DNA of 54,324 nucleotides, from assembly GCA_024278695.1 (NCBI GenBank), contig JAJRSR010000029.1:1-54324 (forward strand), in the 5' to 3' direction. How positions within the stretch are numbered: position 1 is the stretch's first letter; each line of letters starts with the position of its first letter. Below, piece after piece: positions 37,720 to 45,510 of this stretch. Position numbers and translations under genes: made by a program. Below the pieces are notes generated by a model. The model was not told where the DNA came from. It saw only the letters and a program-made list of their open reading frames with translations, and ran no database searches. This stretch comes from Planctomycetota bacterium. GTDB lineage: Bacteria > Planctomycetota > Phycisphaerae > UBA1845.

Positions 37720-38940
37720 ATGGGCGAGTGCCTTCAGTGCGAACATTTTCCGGCGTGCAGCGGGTGTGCGCTGATCGGAACGCCGTATGACGATCAACTT
37801 CGGAGCAAGCTCGACGCTTTTCGCAGGCAGTTTGAACGTGCCGGGCTGCCTGGCTTTGACGCAAGCCGCATTACAAGCATCACGCCCAGCCCGGCGAAGG
37901 GTGCCTACCGCAACCGCGTCCGGTTGGCCGTCGCAGAGCTGTCTGGGGCCAGCGTGGCTGGTTCGTCACGCATCGCGCTGGGCCTGTACCGAGCCGGCAC
38001 GCACGATGTTGTCGATATTCCCCACTGCCCCGTGCAGCCGAAGTCGATCAACGACGCCGTGGAAGTCATCCGCGAAAGCATTCGACTGAGCGGCGTGACG
38101 CTCTACGACGAGCGCACGCTCACGGGTGACCTGCGGTACGTCAGCGTTCGCGTGGGGATCCATACGGGGGAGGTTTTGGTTGGGTTGGTCGCCACGCGCC
38201 GGGATTTTCCTGGTAAGGATGAACTGGTGTCGCGGTTATCGGCGTACTGCCCCGGTCGTGTGGGTGTGGTGCTTAACATTAACCCGAAGCCGGGGAACGT
38301 GATCTTCGGCGCGACGAGCGAGACGCTTACAGGCAGCGGTTGTCTTGAGGAAACCGTGTGTGGTGTTCGCGTTCGCCTCGGTTTGCAGAGTTTTTTTCAG
38401 ATCAACACCGGCATCGCCGAGCTCGCGTATGCTGCGATCGTCCATCAACTGACCGAGGGCGTCGAGGATCCCAAGTCGCGGCTAACCCTGCTCGATCTCT
38501 ACTGCGGCGTGGGTACGATCGGGTTGGTGGCCGCCGGGCGCGTGGCGAAGGTCGTTGGCGTGGAGCGAGACAGGGAAGCCATCGACCACGCCAGATACGC
38601 GGCGCGAACCAACAACCTCGACAACGCAGCGTTTTTCGCGGGCGATGTGGAACAGGAGCTACCGGTCATCGCCGGGCAGCACACGTGCCGCGCCACATCG
38701 ACCGACCGGCTGGCCGTTGTGGTCAACCCGCCGCGCAAGGGGCTGGCTAAGGCGTCGCTTGAACAACTCATCACCATCGCCCCGAACCGAATCGCGTATC
38801 TATCCTGCGCGCCGGACACAATCTTGCGCGACTTGGCTGTCCTCATGAGCCAGGCGTTCACACTGCGCCATGTCGAGCTGTTCGACATGTTCCCCCAAAC
38901 CAACCAAGTCGAGACCCTAGCGATACTCGACCGCCGGTAA
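37720..38940 (+). CDS. Class I SAM-dependent RNA (uracil-5)-methyltransferase, TrmA/RlmD (RumA) family
   Basis: The frame is open from 37633. ATG 37720 gives MGECLQCEHFPACSGCALIG, a Cys cluster. Other motifs are SFFQIN, SAM motif I LDLYCGVGTIGL, motif IV VVNPPRKG and the catalytic-Cys motif YLSCAPDT. No TRAM domain is present. Confidence 0.85.
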   Translation: MGECLQCEHFPACSGCALIGTPYDDQLRSKLDAFRRQFERAGLPGFDASRITSITPSPAKGAYRNRVRLAVAELSGASVAGSSRIALGLYRAGTHDVVDIPHCPVQPKSINDAVEVIRESIRLSGVTLYDERTLTGDLRYVSVRVGIHTGEVLVGLVATRRDFPGKDELVSRLSAYCPGRVGVVLNINPKPGNVIFGATSETLTGSGCLEETVCGVRVRLGLQSFFQINTGIAELAYAAIVHQLTEGVEDPKSRLTLLDLYCGVGTIGLVAAGRVAKVVGVERDREAIDHARYAARTNNLDNAAFFAGDVEQELPVIAGQHTCRATSTDRLAVVVNPPRKGLAKASLEQLITIAPNRIAYLSCAPDTILRDLAVLMSQAFTLRHVELFDMFPQTNQVETLAILDRR

Positions 38941-38957
38941 GGCGATTTCCAGGTGTT

Positions 38958-39077
38958 GGGTGGCCCATCTCTTCAGAGGTGGGGGACGCGAATCGGTTCC
39001 GGGTTGGTCAACGGACGAGGGGGCCATGCTGCGACTCGGAGATTCGTGTCCCCCACAGCTAAAGCTATGGGCCACCC
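38958..39077. repeat. REPIN-like inverted pair of family-1 REP units with a 44-nt spacer
   Basis: The plus-strand unit at 38958-38996 reads GGGTGGCCCAT-CTCTTCAGAG-GTGGGGGACGCGAATCGG. The minus-strand unit at 39041-39077 has the reverse complement GGGTGGCCCAT-AGCTTTAGCT-GTGGGGGACACGAATC. The pair starts 18 nt after the methyltransferase stop. Confidence 0.7.
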
Positions 39078-39132
39078 GTCGCAACAAGCTCTACGCTAGC
39101 CGCAGCACGGCCGCACGGTTACGATACCATCC

Positions 39133-39468
39133 ATGCCCGAACTCATCAGCGAATCGATTACGCCGCACGCCGGTACTTTTGACGCAACCGCGATGGGTAC
39201 CGGTCGGCCGGGCTTGCCCACGGGGTTCTCGTGGCGCGACGAATCTTTTGAGATCACAGAAGTACGATCGGAGTGGAAGGAATCATCACGCGAAGGCAGC
39301 CAAGCGCAAGGCGAGCTCTACTTGCGTCGGCATTATTTCGTGCTGCTGATGAGCGACGGCAGCTTGTGGACCGTCTACTTTATCCGACAAGCCTTTCGCG
39401 CGAGTAGCCCGAAGAAACGCTGGTTTCTCTACACGCGCGAGGCTACGTCCGATGAAACTGCCGGTTGA
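39133..39468 (+). CDS. Small conserved-looking hypothetical protein
   Basis: 111-aa ORF with coding-like composition (PTGFSWRDESFEITEVRSEWKESSREG...LYLRRHYFVLLMSDGSLWTVYF). Its 3' end overlaps the convergent mutL 3' end by 26 nt. No family was recognised with confidence. Confidence 0.55.
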   Translation: MPELISESITPHAGTFDATAMGTGRPGLPTGFSWRDESFEITEVRSEWKESSREGSQAQGELYLRRHYFVLLMSDGSLWTVYFIRQAFRASSPKKRWFLYTREATSDETAG

Positions 39469-41383
39469 GGTCCGCCTTGCTGAGGCTGAGCATGGTGGGG
39501 CGTCCGTGTGGGCAGCTTGTGGATTTGTCGATCAGGTGGCGCTGCTTCATCAACGCATCGATCTCTTCCTGCGTGAGTGAGTCGCCGGCTTTGACGGCCG
39601 CCTTGCACGCCATCATGCTGAGCATGTCGTCCAGTACGACGTCGGTGGTGGTGTCACCGGATCGCTGCGCGAGTTTGTCGAGCAGGTCGCGCATGAACCT
39701 GCCCACGTCGGTATCTTTGAGCACCGTGGGGAATGATTGCACGGCAACCGTGTCGGTGCCAAAAGGTACCGCCTCGATCCCGAGCCTGTCGAACAGCTCG
39801 GCGTGCGCCTCGATCCGCGCCATTTCGTCGGCCGTCACGGAGAACGTCTCGGGCAGGAGCAGCCGCTGCGATTCTAGCTTGCCGCTGGCGATGCGCTCCT
39901 TGAATAGCTCATACATCACACGTTCGTGCAGGGCGTGCTGATCGACGATAAGAATGCCGTCATCCGTTTCGATCACAAGGTAGAGGTTGTGCATCTGCAT
40001 GGCCCGAACGCTGCTCAGACCTGCGGCTGAGCCCGCCAGTTGATCCACGCGATCGAATCCGCCGTTCGGTGCGAAGGCTTCTGAAGCAAGATCGCCAGAC
40101 GCTGCGTTTTCCTGGCCGGGGCGACCATACAGCGCCTGCCACGTGGCCATCGGATCGCCACCCACCGGTGAACCAGCCAACCGCGACGGCATGCCAGAAC
40201 CGCTGCCGCCAGAACTACCGTTGCCAAAGCTGTCGTTACCCGTGCTGTCACCAAAGGCTGGCGCATCGGACGGACCACGAGGCTGTTGTGTTTTGAGCCA
40301 CTCGGCCATCTCCTGTCGCACACGCGACTGTTCCTGCGGATCAACCGGCTGCGAAGCCCGATCGGTATTGAGCCGCGGCGTGAGGTCATGGCTGAGCAAC
40401 GTCTCACGAAGCGCACTAAGCACCTGGGAGTGAATCAGGTTGCGGTCGGCCCAACGCACCTCGATCTTGGTCGGGTGAACATTCACATCCACATCTTCCG
40501 GTGCGAGGTCAATAAACAGAAAGACTACGGCAAACCGGTTGGGCTCGGTCAGCCCGCGGTAGGCCTCCCGCATCGCATGCATCAGGCTTTTGTCGCGGAT
40601 GAACCGCCCGTTGACGAAGGCATACTGCCACTGCGACGTTGCGCGCGACTGCGTGGGCGGCGCGAGAAACGCTTCGAGGCGGACGCCGCGCTCTTCACGC
40701 GTGACATGCATCAGCGCCTCGGATAGCTCCGGCCCGTAGTATTTTTGGATGCGCTGCAAACGCGAGTCACACCGGGGTAGGTTTTGCGTGACGCGCCCAT
40801 TGTTGGTGAGCTCAAAGCCGATCTGCGGGTTCGGTAACGCCATGCGGATCAACTGCTCGTTGATGTGGCCCACTTCCGTCGGGGCGGCCCGTAGGAACTT
40901 TCGACGGGCCGGTACGTTGAAGAAAAGATCGCGCACTTCCACGGTGGTCCCCGGCGGCGCGCCGGCCGCCTGCGATGATTCCACCGTGTCGGCCACCATC
41001 CGCAGTTCATGAGCCTCCACCGCGTCGGGTCGGCGCGAGACGATCCGAAGTTTGCTCACGGAGGAGATACTCGCGAGCGCCTCCCCGCGAAAACCCATCG
41101 TGCCGATGTGGTAGAGGTCATCCTCCTGCGTCACCTTGCTCGTGGCGTGTTGGATGATGGCCAGGCTAAGCTCTTCGGGCGTCATGCCGCAGCCGTCGTC
41201 CGTCACGCGGATGAGCTGCCTGCCGCCATCCTCGATCGTGAGTGCCACGCGGGTGGCACCGGCATCGATGGCGTTTTCGACCAATTCCTTCACCACGCTT
41301 GCAGGGCGCTCAACGACTTCACCGGCCGCGATCTTCTTGATGAGAAGATCGGGGAGGATTTGTATACGACTCACCTGATTCAT
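39443..41383 (-). CDS. mutL: DNA mismatch repair protein MutL
   Basis: The frame is open to 41617. I prefer ATG 41383 (MNQVSRIQILPDLLIKKIAAGEVVERPASVVKELVENAIDAGA). GHKL motifs are DDGCGM and GFRGEAL. It has a Pro/Gly/Ser-rich linker and a C-terminal dimerisation domain (VDQHALHERVMYE...CPHGRPT). Confidence 0.95.
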   Translation of the reverse strand: MNQVSRIQILPDLLIKKIAAGEVVERPASVVKELVENAIDAGATRVALTIEDGGRQLIRVTDDGCGMTPEELSLAIIQHATSKVTQEDDLYHIGTMGFRGEALASISSVSKLRIVSRRPDAVEAHELRMVADTVESSQAAGAPPGTTVEVRDLFFNVPARRKFLRAAPTEVGHINEQLIRMALPNPQIGFELTNNGRVTQNLPRCDSRLQRIQKYYGPELSEALMHVTREERGVRLEAFLAPPTQSRATSQWQYAFVNGRFIRDKSLMHAMREAYRGLTEPNRFAVVFLFIDLAPEDVDVNVHPTKIEVRWADRNLIHSQVLSALRETLLSHDLTPRLNTDRASQPVDPQEQSRVRQEMAEWLKTQQPRGPSDAPAFGDSTGNDSFGNGSSGGSGSGMPSRLAGSPVGGDPMATWQALYGRPGQENAASGDLASEAFAPNGGFDRVDQLAGSAAGLSSVRAMQMHNLYLVIETDDGILIVDQHALHERVMYELFKERIASGKLESQRLLLPETFSVTADEMARIEAHAELFDRLGIEAVPFGTDTVAVQSFPTVLKDTDVGRFMRDLLDKLAQRSGDTTTDVVLDDMLSMMACKAAVKAGDSLTQEEIDALMKQRHLIDKSTSCPHGRPTMLSLSKADLNRQFHRT

Positions 41384-41489
41384 AGCGGTTTTCTGTAATC
41401 TCGCCCGATCGATCCATAGCAGACGCCGCTGGCACTCGCGAGCGGGGGGACGACGAACGCCATCCGTCGCGGTTCGCGTCCGGGGCGAG

Positions 41490-41495
41490 TATAAT
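41490..41495 (+). promoter_or_regulatory. Perfect TATAAT -10 box, 8 nt upstream of ATG 41504
   Basis: TATAAT at 41490-41495 is followed by CGCCGACT and then ATG. No good -35 box was seen. This supports 41504 as the start and a leaderless transcript. Confidence 0.35.
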
Positions 41496-41503
41496 CGCCG
41501 ACT

Positions 41504-42325
41504 ATGAGTGAGGCAAAAGAAACCCCCGACGATCCTGGTTACGAACCGCCGGGCTGTGAATTGTGGGCCGGTCCACGCGCGGTGCTTGCGCCGCTTCAGC
41601 TTGGCCCGAACCCGCAAGCGCTCCCGCCATCCTACGATGAGATCATCGAGGCCGGTTTCGACGGCGTAGCCTGGGATCTTCGCGAGGTACCGGGTGCGGC
41701 TATTGAGGTGCTGGCCGCCATTGCGGCGCTGCTGGGTGGGGTGGTGTCTCGGCCCTGCGCGGTGGTCTGCCGTTGTGACGCCACGAGCGTCGGTGAGGCG
41801 GTAGATGAGATCACTGCGGTGATCGAAGCCTGTGCGCGGCTCGGTGCCATCTGCCTGAGCCTCACGCTACCGCCGATCATCGGTGTTGCGGGTTGCGATG
41901 ACGCTGCTGGCTCGCGAACCGGTTTCCGCAGCTACCAAGAACACCTCAACTTTACTGGTGCGTTGTTGCATGAGGCACGACTGGAGGCCGGAAGCGCCGG
42001 GTTGGCATTGGCGATTGAGCCGGCCGTGGGCGGGGGGTTGCTTTCACCGGTGGAGCTTCGGGAGCTCATCGACGGAGCCTACGCGGCTTCAGTTGGCGTG
42101 TGCCTTGATGTCGCGCGGCTGGGGCAATGGGGATCAGCGGCCGACTGGATCGAGACGCTTTGTCACCGGGTGTGCCTGGTGCGGCTGCCGTTTGATATGA
42201 TGACGCCCGAAGACGTTGATACGATTTTCGCGGCGCTGATCCGATTCCGATACGATCGTACGATCATCTGTCCCGATGCCGGGCTCATCGTGCGGTGTCG
42301 GGAAGCCATGCCGAAGCCGTCTTAA
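41504..42325 (+). CDS. Hypothetical protein, possibly a xylose-isomerase-like TIM barrel (sugar phosphate isomerase/epimerase family)
   Basis: 273-aa ORF with weak pattern similarity only (EAGFDGVAWDL..., ACARLGAICLSLTLPP, LALAIEP, VGVCLDVARL). Confidence 0.5.
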   Translation: MSEAKETPDDPGYEPPGCELWAGPRAVLAPLQLGPNPQALPPSYDEIIEAGFDGVAWDLREVPGAAIEVLAAIAALLGGVVSRPCAVVCRCDATSVGEAVDEITAVIEACARLGAICLSLTLPPIIGVAGCDDAAGSRTGFRSYQEHLNFTGALLHEARLEAGSAGLALAIEPAVGGGLLSPVELRELIDGAYAASVGVCLDVARLGQWGSAADWIETLCHRVCLVRLPFDMMTPEDVDTIFAALIRFRYDRTIICPDAGLIVRCREAMPKPS

Positions 42326-42625
42326 CGCCGTGATCTTATAGCCGTTTCCAAAAAGGTTGGCTCTCTTTCTATAGCGATCGGGTTCTTTAGTGGTCGGGCT
42401 TTTAAGATCGGGATTTCTTCTTCCCCTCTTACCAAGGGGGGGGCTTCGAACAAGAAAGAACCTCCCCTCAGCCCCTCCTTGAAAAAGGAGGGGCGCAAGA
42501 GGCCAAGCGGCAACGACCACGAACGAAAGCGACGTTGCCACAGGACGGCCGAGCCCATAGAGTACCCCCGGTTCTTGCGACGCGTTGATGAACACCTTTA
42601 GCTATTGGTACGGAGATGATCGATC
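42326..42625 (+). repeat. Low-GC noncoding element, copy 1 (related to 52055-52280)
   Basis: This 300-nt gap has no credible ORF. It shares colinear blocks with 52055-52280: CCGTTTCC(C)AAA(AA)GG, (C)TTCCC(C)TC(Y)TT(A)CCAAGG(S)GGGG, TCGAACA and GGCC..CCATAG. It contains a perfect hairpin CCCCTCCTT-GAAA-AAGGAGGGG (42472-42493) and T-rich runs about every 17-20 nt. Confidence 0.4.
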
Positions 42626-43015
42626 ATGCCCGCTTGTATTCGAACGAAACGTGATATGGTGCTGTGGGCTTGTCTTGGTGCGTGTCTTGCGGCGCTTCCA
42701 GGTTGCAAGCAGAGAGATTCCGGCGTTACCACCAGAACCTTGGAAGGCAAGATCGAGACCGTCGAACGAACCTCCGACAACACGGGCAAGATCAGCGTCT
42801 TGTATTACAACGAGAAGCAGGGGCAGGACATGCTCGGCGAGGGACTCATCACGAAAGAGACTGAGATCATGATTAACGGCGTGGTCTCCACCCTGAAAGA
42901 CCTTCGCGAGGGCGACCGCGTTCGCGGAGAGGTCCGCATCGAAAAGGTGGGTGACACCCGCGTCCAGACGGCCCTCAAAATCACCGTCGATCGTCCGAAA
43001 CCCGTCGGTGGCTAA
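42626..43015 (+). CDS. Small lipoprotein, function unknown
   Basis: 129-aa ORF with GGAG 11 nt upstream. It has a signal peptide with a lipobox (MVLWACLGACLAALPGC). The mature part is beta-rich (KISVLYYNEKQGQDMLGEGLITKETEIMINGV). Confidence 0.7.
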   Translation: MPACIRTKRDMVLWACLGACLAALPGCKQRDSGVTTRTLEGKIETVERTSDNTGKISVLYYNEKQGQDMLGEGLITKETEIMINGVVSTLKDLREGDRVRGEVRIEKVGDTRVQTALKITVDRPKPVGG

Positions 43016-43029
43016 CCCAAGGCGCTTGC

Positions 43030-43073
43030 GGGTGCTCCTTCTTCGGGTACGCCCGAAGGCGGGGGGCGGACTG
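43030..43073 (+). repeat. REP-like palindromic unit, family 2
   Basis: GGGTGCTCCT-TCTTCGGG-TACG-CCCGAAG-GCGGGGGGCGGACTG. It lies between the convergent 3' ends of the lipoprotein and POT genes. The hairpin at 43041-43058 could act as a bidirectional terminator. Confidence 0.6.
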
Positions 43074-43119
43074 AGTGATGGAACCGCCGTGTGACGGAAA
43101 CCGGCACGCAACCCGAATG

Positions 43120-44661
43120 TTACACGTTCATATCCGCCCAGCGGCGCGACATCTCGTTGAAGATGTAGAGCGCGATCGCTGACATGACCCCGATAGCCGC
43201 AAAGGGGATCCAGATATAATGCGGATTGTAGGTATCCCAAAGAAGCTGCGTCACCTGGATCGCGTCTTGACCGAGCACTTCCTGTAATCGCGCAAACGAC
43301 GCGCTGCGCGTCACGCCGAGCGTCGCCTCCAAGGAACCAACGGTGCCGTCCCACCCCTTGGCAATGCCGACCTCCGTATGCTGCGCCAGGTATTTGAGCG
43401 CCAACACGGCTTTCTCGCCCCAGTTGCCATAGAGGTATCCGCCCATGAGAGAACCGAACCCCTGCCCAATGGCAATCGGGATGTTGACGTAGCCCAAGTA
43501 CAACCCCTTCTTGTCCGGCGGTGCGATGAGCGCGAAGTATTCGTTCTTCTTTGGTCCGGTGAACATCTCACCCAGTGAAAAAAACATGATGCCGACAAGA
43601 AAAACGTATCCAGAAGTGGTCCAGCCTGCCACCAAGACGCCGGTCGTTGCCAGGCAAATACCCACAATCATGCACGAGAGCCGCCGACGGTCTGCAAGAA
43701 TAAATCCGATGACCGACACAAACAACATCACGAGCAGAGAGTTCAGGTTGAGCATATGCTCCTGTGCCACCTGTACGCCGCGATCTGTTTCGTCGATCAT
43801 TCGATTGCGAATGATATCAGGCAGCACGCGCAGATCTTCGGCCACGACCCTACTGTCCACCCAATCCTTGACGAAGTTCGGATGGAGATCCCAAATTTGG
43901 AACATCATCAGCCAAAAACCACCTAAGATGAGCATTAACGTGATGAGCCGAGCATTCAGAATGTTGACGATCGTAACCCGGAACACCTTAAGGAAACCGT
44001 CAGTCGTTGGTGCTCCCGATGCGATCGGTTTGTAGGTGAACAGCATCAGATAGTTGAGTGCTACGATCCCTGCGCAGCCGTAGAACACCATGTCCCAACC
44101 GATACCCTTGAGGTAATGTGCCAAGAATGGCCCGAGCCATGCTCCAACGTTGACGCATTGGTAAAACAGGCTCCAACCAAAAGATGAGTTTTTGCGCGTG
44201 AGCTGCTTCGCGATTGATCCCTGGATACCCGGCTTGAAGACGGCCGTACCTGCCGCTAAGGTCAAACAGCCAATCGTGAAGCCGAAGTACGAACGCTGTG
44301 TGGCCATCAGCACATAACCGACAATTTTGACCGTGATCGATACGGCGATCGTCTTCTTGTAGCCGTACCGATCGGCGTAGCCGCCGACGAACATCGGCAG
44401 CAGCGATTGCATCAACGCCCAGAGGAAGTAGATCGTGCCTTTCTGGCTCGCCGTGAAGTGTAACCCGCCCGGTTCGTCGGCCTGCATAATGTAGATGGGG
44501 ACCACCACGCGCATCCCGTAATACGCCAGACGCTCCCACATCTCCATGATGTTGAGCATCCAAAACGCGTAGCCAAGCCCCGGTTTGGAGGAATCGGGTT
44601 GAGGTGCTGGCATTGTCGGTGCGTCGCCCATAAGTACTTCCATTCCTGTGTGAATCAGCAA
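43120..44661 (-). CDS. Proton-dependent oligopeptide transporter (POT/PTR2) family MFS permease
   Basis: 513-aa maximal ORF. The true start may be ATG 44643 or 44631. The POT signature-like motif MEMWERLAYYGMRVV matches the ExxERFxYYG pattern, and there are about 14 TM segments. Confidence 0.85.
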   Translation of the reverse strand: MLIHTGMEVLMGDAPTMPAPQPDSSKPGLGYAFWMLNIMEMWERLAYYGMRVVVPIYIMQADEPGGLHFTASQKGTIYFLWALMQSLLPMFVGGYADRYGYKKTIAVSITVKIVGYVLMATQRSYFGFTIGCLTLAAGTAVFKPGIQGSIAKQLTRKNSSFGWSLFYQCVNVGAWLGPFLAHYLKGIGWDMVFYGCAGIVALNYLMLFTYKPIASGAPTTDGFLKVFRVTIVNILNARLITLMLILGGFWLMMFQIWDLHPNFVKDWVDSRVVAEDLRVLPDIIRNRMIDETDRGVQVAQEHMLNLNSLLVMLFVSVIGFILADRRRLSCMIVGICLATTGVLVAGWTTSGYVFLVGIMFFSLGEMFTGPKKNEYFALIAPPDKKGLYLGYVNIPIAIGQGFGSLMGGYLYGNWGEKAVLALKYLAQHTEVGIAKGWDGTVGSLEATLGVTRSASFARLQEVLGQDAIQVTQLLWDTYNPHYIWIPFAAIGVMSAIALYIFNEMSRRWADMNV

Positions 44662-44814
44662 GCCGCCAAGCCGGAGCCCGATCAGTCAACGATCATCCCA
44701 AGAACAACCGATAACTCTTTAGCAGGCGAGCCCCCGGCTGTCGAGCGCGAACGACGGGGTTCGAGGGAAGAGGCGTACAAAAGAACGCGAAATGCTCCAC
44801 AAGGACCATCTGTC

Positions 44815-45291
44815 ATGTCAAACCATATCAAGCTGATGGAGCAGGCTATCGAGGCGTGTCGAACCGGGATTGCGACCGGTCAGAGTCCCTTCGGTGCGGT
44901 CATCGCCACACGCGAAGGCGAAGTCATCTGCGCGGCTCATAACTCCGTCCGATCCGACACCGATCCCACCGCCCACGCCGAGATCAACGCGATCCGTGAA
45001 GCCTCACGCACGTTGGGTACGATGAACCTGATCGGGCACTATCTGGTGTCCACATGCGAACCCTGCCCGATGTGCGCCTCGGCCATCCATTGGGCGCGGC
45101 TCGATGCGGTCGTGTTCGGTGCCACCATCGACGACGCTCGCGAGGCCATGTTCAACGAGCTAACCCTTCCCGCGCAGCAGCTCTACGACACCGGCGGCAG
45201 CCACGTCAAGATCTACCCGCTTGTGCTTCGAGATAAATGCCAGGAACTGTTCAACGAATGGCGAAACGGTCCCAACGCAAAACCCTACTAA
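44815..45291 (+). CDS. Nucleoside/nucleotide deaminase (CMP/dCMP-type zinc-binding; TadA/guanine-deaminase-like)
   Basis: The frame is open from 44599. ATG 44815 gives MSNHIKLMEQAIEACR. Zinc motifs are HAEINAI and PCPMCASAIHWARL. Confidence 0.88.
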   Translation: MSNHIKLMEQAIEACRTGIATGQSPFGAVIATREGEVICAAHNSVRSDTDPTAHAEINAIREASRTLGTMNLIGHYLVSTCEPCPMCASAIHWARLDAVVFGATIDDAREAMFNELTLPAQQLYDTGGSHVKIYPLVLRDKCQELFNEWRNGPNAKPY

Positions 45292-45344
45292 CCTGTCCGT
45301 CGATCCTGCCATGCGCCCGATTTGGGGTCTTTATAAGATTTTCG

Positions 45345-45374
45345 TTGACGCGGCGTACCGTGGTTGGTTAGAAT
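45345..45374 (+). promoter_or_regulatory. Candidate sigma70-like promoter with a roughly 130-nt leader
   Basis: TTGACG (45345-45350), an 18-nt spacer and TAGAAT (45369-45374), upstream of ATG 45511. Confidence 0.4.
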
Positions 45375-45510
45375 CAATCCGTCGTCTTTGGGGCTTAGCC
45401 GACTTATAAAATCAGAACAGTGTTCACCAGGGTGGAGTTGTTCCGCGCGGGGTGAAGCTGCTCTGGTGTTTCGCGGTTTAACCGCAGTTATCGAACAGGG
45501 GGGAAAGCAC

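Noticed and set aside
38979-39010. tRNA-like T-arm resemblance (GGGGGACGCGAATCGGTTCC) within the family-1 repeats, which might mark a tRNA gene or an integration att site.
   Set aside because: No acceptor, D or anticodon arms can be drawn. The GGTTCGAATCC consensus is not matched, and no integrase is nearby. I found no convincing tRNA anywhere in the window by eye; a tRNAscan run would be the definitive check.
33130-39077. Possibility that the repeated units of about 37 nt form a CRISPR array.
   Set aside because: The copies are scattered over many kb and occur in both orientations, with irregular spacing (5 nt to several kb). They have variable internal sequence and are separated by ordinary genes. 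No cas genes are present.
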